From Octopus sinensis (lineage: Eukaryota), in the NCBI RefSeq assembly GCF_006345805.1, contig NC_042997.1, positions 70,618,001-70,682,000 on the forward strand: a stretch of 64,000 bases of DNA, read 5' to 3'. Both the position numbers and the translations under genes were made by a program. This document shows positions 57,608 to 64,000 of the stretch, piece after piece. Position 1 is the stretch's first letter, and each line of letters opens with the position of its first letter. Under the pieces are notes generated by a model. The model had not been told where the DNA came from and ran no database searches. It was given only the letters and a program-made list of their open reading frames with translations.

Positions 57608-58593
57608 TTGCTTAAATATACACTTTTATATGTGTGCAAGAATGTAGGTGATTGAATGTATATATATATAGATGTAATAGTGCATTCATGTACATTATAC
57701 GCATATTCATACGTATACATGTATGCACATGTTCATATATATAAACATATATACTAACAAACATACACATGCGTAAATACCTATCTACACATAAGCACTC
57801 CTCAATTTTGCATAGTTGCCTTCAACTATCGCTAACTATGTAGGTGTATGTGTATATATATGTGTGTGAGTGGTGCTGATATATGTATGCATATAAAATT
57901 GGATAGGTAAGTAATGATATAGAGATAGATAGTGAAATTCACAAAGAAATATACAGGTCTCCAATGAATCTGATCGCCAGACACATTGACAAGCACATCG
58001 ATGAACAAGGAGTAAAATACACATATTAGAACAAACAGCCAGTTGGGCGAACGATACGAAGAGAAGTATATTTACAAATATGAACTTGGAAAGAATGGAA
58101 AATATTAAAGAATTTTAAGTGTTGAGGTTGTTACAATTTAATGTCATTTGGACCCAGTTTTTGTAGCTGTATGATAAAAAATACTTCAGCCATGACGTCA
58201 ACTTATATTTTCTAGTAAAGATATACTAAAAACTACATTATCGAATGGTAATGGGATTTTAGAGGGGATTTGGCTGTAGGTCCAGCTAACAAGTAGAGAT
58301 TCTAATGCGGCTGAAAGTGGAATAAAAAAACTCAGTTGAAGGGGTGGTATTAAGGAAGAAGTAAAAATAAACAGAGCTGATAGAGAATGGTTACTGACAG
58401 TGTCAAGTAACTGAGGTATATAAAAGATTACAAATATGTATAAATATATATATCAGAAGGGAAATGAATCGAGCAAAATAAATAATCAAGTTTAGGAATG
58501 TATATATATATATATATATGTGAGTGTGGGGGTGGGGGTTTGTGTGTGTGCGTGCGTGTGTGCTATGTGTGCGTGTCACTAGTGTGTGTACGC

Positions 58594-58630
<37 letters not shown>

Positions 58631-58761
58631 GAGAGAGAGAGAGAGAGATGTATGTGTATATGTATACATGCATACATATATGTGTATGTATGTATGTATA
58701 TATATGATATAATATAATATAAATAATATATATATATACATACACATATATATATGTACGC

Positions 58762-58823
<62 letters not shown>

Positions 58824-59450
58824 GATCTTGGCATAGTTGGAAAATTGGGAGAATGGCTTCATGACTTTCTGAAGGATAGAAGTCAGGTGGTAGTAGCCAA
58901 TGGGGTCACTTCCATTAACACGCAAATAGTGAGCGGTGTTCCGCAAGGCACTGTTTAGGGACCACTAGTGTTCATAATGGCCCTCTCAGACATGCCCTCA
59001 GCCACACAGAGAGCCACGATCACAAGTTATGCAGATGATACAAAAGTTTCACAGGCAATACAGAACCCTGAAGACACTAAGCACCTGCAATGTGAACTGG
59101 ACAAAATATACAAGATGTAGGACAAGATACTGTGATAGCCTGGGCTTCAGAGGCCCACAGCTCTTCAATATCCTCCCGAAGAACCTGAGAGACCTGTATG
59201 GGGGTGGATGCAGATGTCTTTAAAATAAAACTGGATCTCTTCCTGTCAGGTGTCCCAGATGAACCAACTTCACGGCAGGAGGTGCAGATGAGGGCAGCTA
59301 CATCGAACTCTCTCATGCACCAAATGGCAATTGCTAAAAAGCATTCGTGAAGTAAAATCATGTAGCAACACCAAATGGCAGTGCCCCAGCATGGCCACAG
59401 CTCGTGAGCTGAAACTAGATAAAATGAAATAAAATAAAATAAAAATAAAA
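58824..59450 (+). mobile_element. CR1 LINE copy with an internal deletion of about 590 bp
   Basis: Near-identical to 16303-17435, but jumps from atatacaag to atgtaggacaag. Ends in the stem-loop and (AAAAT)n. Confidence 0.92.
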
Positions 59451-59470
59451 TATATATATATATATATAAT

Positions 59471-60605
59471 GGCCATAATAGGCCATTCACCAACTAGAAA
59501 TAACAGCCAAAGCTTCAACCGCAAAATAACATTAATTCCGTAAACCAGGAGAAAATTAAAAAACATTTACCCTGTAATTTCTTATACGATGCACCGTTTC
59601 ATCTACTGTTTAATGGTAAACTAACCTGATTAAATTAAATCAAGCCAATCTTCCATAGGCCCTTAGAATCGTCAGTAAGAAATAGCCAGATCGGAACAGA
59701 TATTTTCACGAGGCATTTCTGTCCCTGCCTCGGCAATATCTGACCTAAAATTTTCAAATCATCGCATTCGCGCCAAATTTATCGGCAGCAAATAAATATA
59801 AGCCGCCGATTCCATTACGGAATTAACCAGAAAATTCATAATTAATCAATATAGGGTGGCAAAAAATTTTGTAGAATTTTTTGCCACCAGCGGCCTAGTG
59901 GGAAAAAATTAAATAGTCATAGACCATTTTTAAGTTCAACATCACAATCAGGGAACGGCCATAATAGGCCATTCACCCACTAGAAATAACAGCCAAAGCT
60001 TCAACCGCAAAATAACATTAATTCCGTAAACCAGGAGAAAATTAAAAAACATTTACCCTGTAATTTCTTATACGATGCACCGTTTCATCTACTGTTTAAT
60101 GGTAAACTAACCTGATTAAATTAAATCAAGCCAATCTTCCATAGGCCCTTAGAATCGTCAGTAAGAAATAGCCAGATCGGAACAGATATTTTCACGAGGC
60201 ATTTCTGTCCCTGCCTCGGCAATATCTGACCTAAAATTTTCAAATCATCGCATTCGCGCCAAATTTATCGGCAGCAAATAAATATAAGCCGCCGATTCCA
60301 TTACGGAATTAACCAGAAAATTCATAATTAATCAATATAGGGTGGCAAAAAATTTTGTAGAATTTTTTTGCCACAGCGGCCTAGTGGGAAAAAATTAAAT
60401 AGTCATAGACCATTTTTAAGTTCAACATCACAATCAAGGAACGGCCATAATAGGCCATTCACCCACTAGAAATAACATAAGAAATTACAGGGTAAATGTT
60501 TTTTAATTTTCTCCTGGTTTACGGAATTGATGTTATTTTGCGGTTGAAGCTTTGGCTGTTATTTCTAGTGGGTGAATGGCCTATTATGGCCGTTCCTTGA
60601 TTGTG

Positions 60606-60608
<3 letters not shown>
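59471..60608. repeat. 486-bp tandem repeat (2 full units plus a partial) ending in an inverted segment
   Basis: ggccataataggcc at 59471, 59957 and 60443; 60477-60608 is the reverse complement of the unit start region. Confidence 0.95.
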
Positions 60609-60662
<54 letters not shown>

Positions 60663-61089
60663 TATATATACATACATGTATGTATACATGCATATATGTA
60701 TGCACTACGTCACCAACAGTAAACAACAGGAAATACGAAAACAAATTAGTTAAATACGCAAATAACGAAAGAGAGAAAAGGACAAGTAATACAAAGAATG
60801 ACCCTTCATCAGTTGTCGGCTGCCTATCTACTCCTCATTTCGAGCAATCAGTATATATAGATATTATTGTGTCTGCGGGTAGTCATTCTCTTTTCGTGCC
60901 TTGTTATTTAAGACACTCACCGGCTCGTTTACCATTCATTTAGTATTATTTTTTTCTAAAATTTTCGCTGCGTCTTACAAAGTTTTCAATAGTTGTTGAC
61001 TCTGCCCGTTATCAGAGCTGCGTTCTTTTTGTTTGTTTGTTTGCTTGTGTGCATGTGTGTGCGTTGGTGTGCATGTGTATACACAATTG

Positions 61090-61210
61090 TATGTACGTAC
61101 GTATGTATGTATGTATGTATGTATGTATGTATGTATGTATGTATGTATGTATGTATGTCTGTATGTATGTATGTATGTATGTATGTATGTATGTATGTAT
61201 GTATATGCAT
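61090..61210. repeat. (ATGT)n array; also 43270-43335 and 46635-46695
   Basis: Direct reading. Confidence 0.95.
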
Positions 61211-61689
61211 GCATGTATGCATGTGCATGTATGCATGTATGTGTGTGTATGCATATTCATGTATTTGTGTGTTCATGTTTCTTTCTATATGTGTGTGTTC
61301 GTATATGTGTGCACGTGTGTATTTGCCTGTGTACCTCTATTTCCTTTTGTGTGCATGTTTGGGTGTGTCTAGATGAATGGGATTGTGTGACTGTGTACTT
61401 GCGTCAGTTATGTTTGGATGCGTGTTATGTATGGATATGTGTCCTCGTGTGTGTGGGTGTAAAGTTTGCGTGTGTGTATATGGTCATATATTTCAGTCAT
61501 CATTTGTGTATGTATGTGTGTATGCCTATGTGCGTGCCTGTCTGTCCGCATTACCTATGTACCTATCTATCTATTTATCTCTCTGTTTACTTATATAGCC
61601 GTTTACTTACACGCATACACACACACATACAGACGTCTACATATAGAGCCTACTAACAATTCTACATGTGTATAAATAAACTGTGGGTA

Positions 61690-61895
61690 TTAGGGTATAA
61701 CTACCTTGTACGTATATTTCCTATTTAGTACTGGGGATGTTTCATTTATGAGGAGGTACTCCTGTATTTCTCTGAGTGTTGGGTCCTTCGGGGACTTGGA
61801 TAAAATGCAGATGTCAAGTTGTCCCAGTTTGCCTCCATGTTGGTCCTTGGATTGTTGGTAGAGTATGGAGGACTGTTTTTTGCATACACATGCTG
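61690..61895 (-). mobile_element. Possible Penelope GIY-YIG C-terminal remnant
   Basis: CILSKSPKDPTLREIQEYLLINETSPVLNRK resembles the E...I....P.LN end of PLE endonucleases. Confidence 0.45.
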
Positions 61896-62149
61896 ATATA
61901 TATGTAGAGATAAATAAAAATATACATATATAAATAAATAAAAATATACATATATAAATAAAAATATACATATATAAATAAATAAAAATATACATATATA
62001 AATAAAAATATACATATATATACACACACATTTATATATGTGCATATATATATTTGTGGGTGTGTATGTCTGTGTGTGTATATGTGTGTGTTACAGTATG
62101 ATATACTATAGGTTAGAAGATTTTCTTTCAGTTTACCTCTATGAGAAAT

Positions 62150-62570
62150 CCACGAATAACAGAAGAGCATTTAAATGTTTAGCTTTCGCACCTTCAAGAA
62201 GCTTGCGTCAGGTTAAGATGTGCCCTGTAATTGATCGTCCTCTTCGGAAGGAATTTAGATTTTCCCTCAATACCTTTTCCATTTCTGAACTTACGCGCTT
62301 AAGCAGCAGGTTTATTTCCTTGTAGACTCTTGCCACGCCAAGATTTCTATTTTAGGGAAAAGCGAGGATACTGCGCTTTGTCCATGTTTCTAAACATGGA
62401 CTAATGAATGTATTGGTAAAGCTTGGGGTGCCGTTGACAAGTTATATCTTGTGTGGAAATCAAGACTTCCATACAATTCCAAAAATGAGTCTCTTTGAGG
62501 CAACTTTCACTTCTGTTATATTGTATGGCAGTCCAGTATGAACTTCAACCCAAACGGAGATATCGATGCT
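62150..62570. mobile_element. Rearranged RTE LINE: RT N-half on the minus strand (62150-62390), downstream part on the plus strand (62402-62570)
   Basis: Minus: TWTKRSILAFP..KVLRENLNSFRRGRSITGHILT*RKLLE..LLFVDFS. Plus: IGKAWGAVDKL..VWKS.L..SVILYGS. Confidence 0.7.
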
Positions 62571-62639
62571 CATTATGCATGTGTTTGTCTATTTAATTGC
62601 TACTTCGAAAATATACATATCTGCTATGATGATAAACGC

Positions 62640-62765
62640 AGACGTAGCTATGTCGTCAGTTTGCTTCCTCTTCACATGGTTTCAGGATCAATCCCACTGC
62701 TTTATTTCAACTATAGCCCCGGGCCGACGAAACACATGTGATTTCGTGGTCGGAAACTGCAGTAA
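62640..62765 (+). mobile_element. Degenerate main-family SINE head
   Basis: cacatggtttcaggatcaatccc..caactatagccccgggccgac. Confidence 0.55.
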
Positions 62766-62771
62766 GATCAT

Positions 62772-62836
<65 letters not shown>

Positions 62837-62841
<5 letters not shown>

Positions 62842-63020
62842 TAATTCGAGACAAAACCACTATTTTGCAAATCAAACAAGGAAAGACTTAATCAATACAT
62901 AACAAATTTTAATATTTATTTATTATTTATTTATTTACTTTATATTAAAATTTTTTATGTATTGATTAAGTCTTTCCTTGTTTGATTTGCAAAATAGTGG
63001 TTTTGTCTCGAATTAATATT
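62837..63020. repeat. Inverted repeat with 79-bp arms and a 26-bp AT spacer
   Basis: 62837-62915 versus 62942-63020, one mismatch. Confidence 0.92.
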
Positions 63021-63106
63021 ATATAATATTTTACTATAAAATTGAATTTAATCCTATATCTGATTTTTTCCCTGTAAATTTGGATTTATTCCCTAATATT
63101 TATTAT

Positions 63107-63138
<32 letters not shown>

Positions 63139-63731
63139 ATATATATATACGTGTATGTGTATGTGCACTACCATCGCTTTAGAACTGGTTTTGGTGTGTT
63201 TTTGTTCCCGTAACATAGCAGTTCAGAAGATGACCATATATGTACAAACATATGTGTGTATATATATACGACAATAGATAACCTTTGCCTCTTTTCATAG
63301 AGACAAAAGGGTTTATAAGACAGAAAAAACGAACTGCTCAAAAATTGATTGGGACAGAGATAAAAAAAATTGATCAGAGAACAAACATCTAATTCGAGTC
63401 AACGACTTTATACAGGATACTACGACTCCAAACATTTGATCATATATAAATATTACCATGGCATTTCAACATATAAAGAGTACAATTATAAAAGACACAG
63501 ATAAAAAATATATATGCAAATAAAAATACAGATTTATAGAACAGCCTATCAAGAAGGTATATACAATCGACTAAAAATTCTAAAGCGTATCATGCGACTA
63601 AAAATCTAAATAAATTAAGATAATATTTGACTTACTCGCCTCAAACAAAAAAATATATGACAAAATATTTGGAGGCGTGGTGTTATGTATAATGTTGTTG
63701 ACTCGAATTTGATGTTTGTTCTTTGATCAAT

Positions 63732-63768
<37 letters not shown>

Positions 63769-63830
63769 GCGGTGCCCCAGCATGGCCACAGCTCATAAGC
63801 TGAAACTAGAATCAATCAATCAATCAATCA
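63769..63830 (+). mobile_element. Ultra-short CR1 3' terminus with (AATC)n tail
   Basis: Exact match to the reverse complement of 16285-16342. Confidence 0.85.
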
Positions 63831-64000
63831 TATATATATATATAGTATGTATGTATGCATATAATGTATGTATGCATATATATATTTGTATATATATATA
63901 TATATATATATATACAAATATATGTATACACACACATATATACATATATATAGACATATATACACACATACGTATAACATATATATATATATATAGAGAC

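Noticed and set aside
59471-60608. CRISPR array or mitochondrial insertion
   Set aside because: The units are full-length identical with no spacers, and I recognised no mitochondrial gene or tRNA.

Overview
Eukaryotic, AT-rich, repeat-saturated DNA. I recognised no host gene, no CRISPR array and no prokaryotic features. The SINE families, the (TA)n/(TAA)n/(ATCT)n/(ATGT)n load and the retroelement mix resemble an octopus (coleoid cephalopod) genome; this is an inference from recalled repeat sequences, not a database result. Most ORFs in the supplied track are microsatellite translations. The real coding remnants are all mobile elements: about 11 Dong/R4-type retrotransposon pieces (RT plus restriction-like endonuclease), CR1 LINEs, RTE fragments, Penelope-like RT and GIY-YIG pieces, and Tc1, Tigger and hAT/Buster transposase relics. 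Eight of the Dong pieces form a co-oriented stack in (TAA)n arrays at 24.7-34.6 kb. The most notable structure: (i) that stack, with at least three distinct 3' UTRs and a Dong-Penelope junction; (ii) a 3' stem-loop shared by the main SINE and the CR1 LINE with compensatory base changes; (iii) several relic minimal hammerhead-ribozyme cores; (iv) a TA-flanked 486-bp multi-hairpin tandem array ending in a fold-back; (v) several long inverted repeats beside (TA)n tracts. All family assignments rest on motif recognition by eye.
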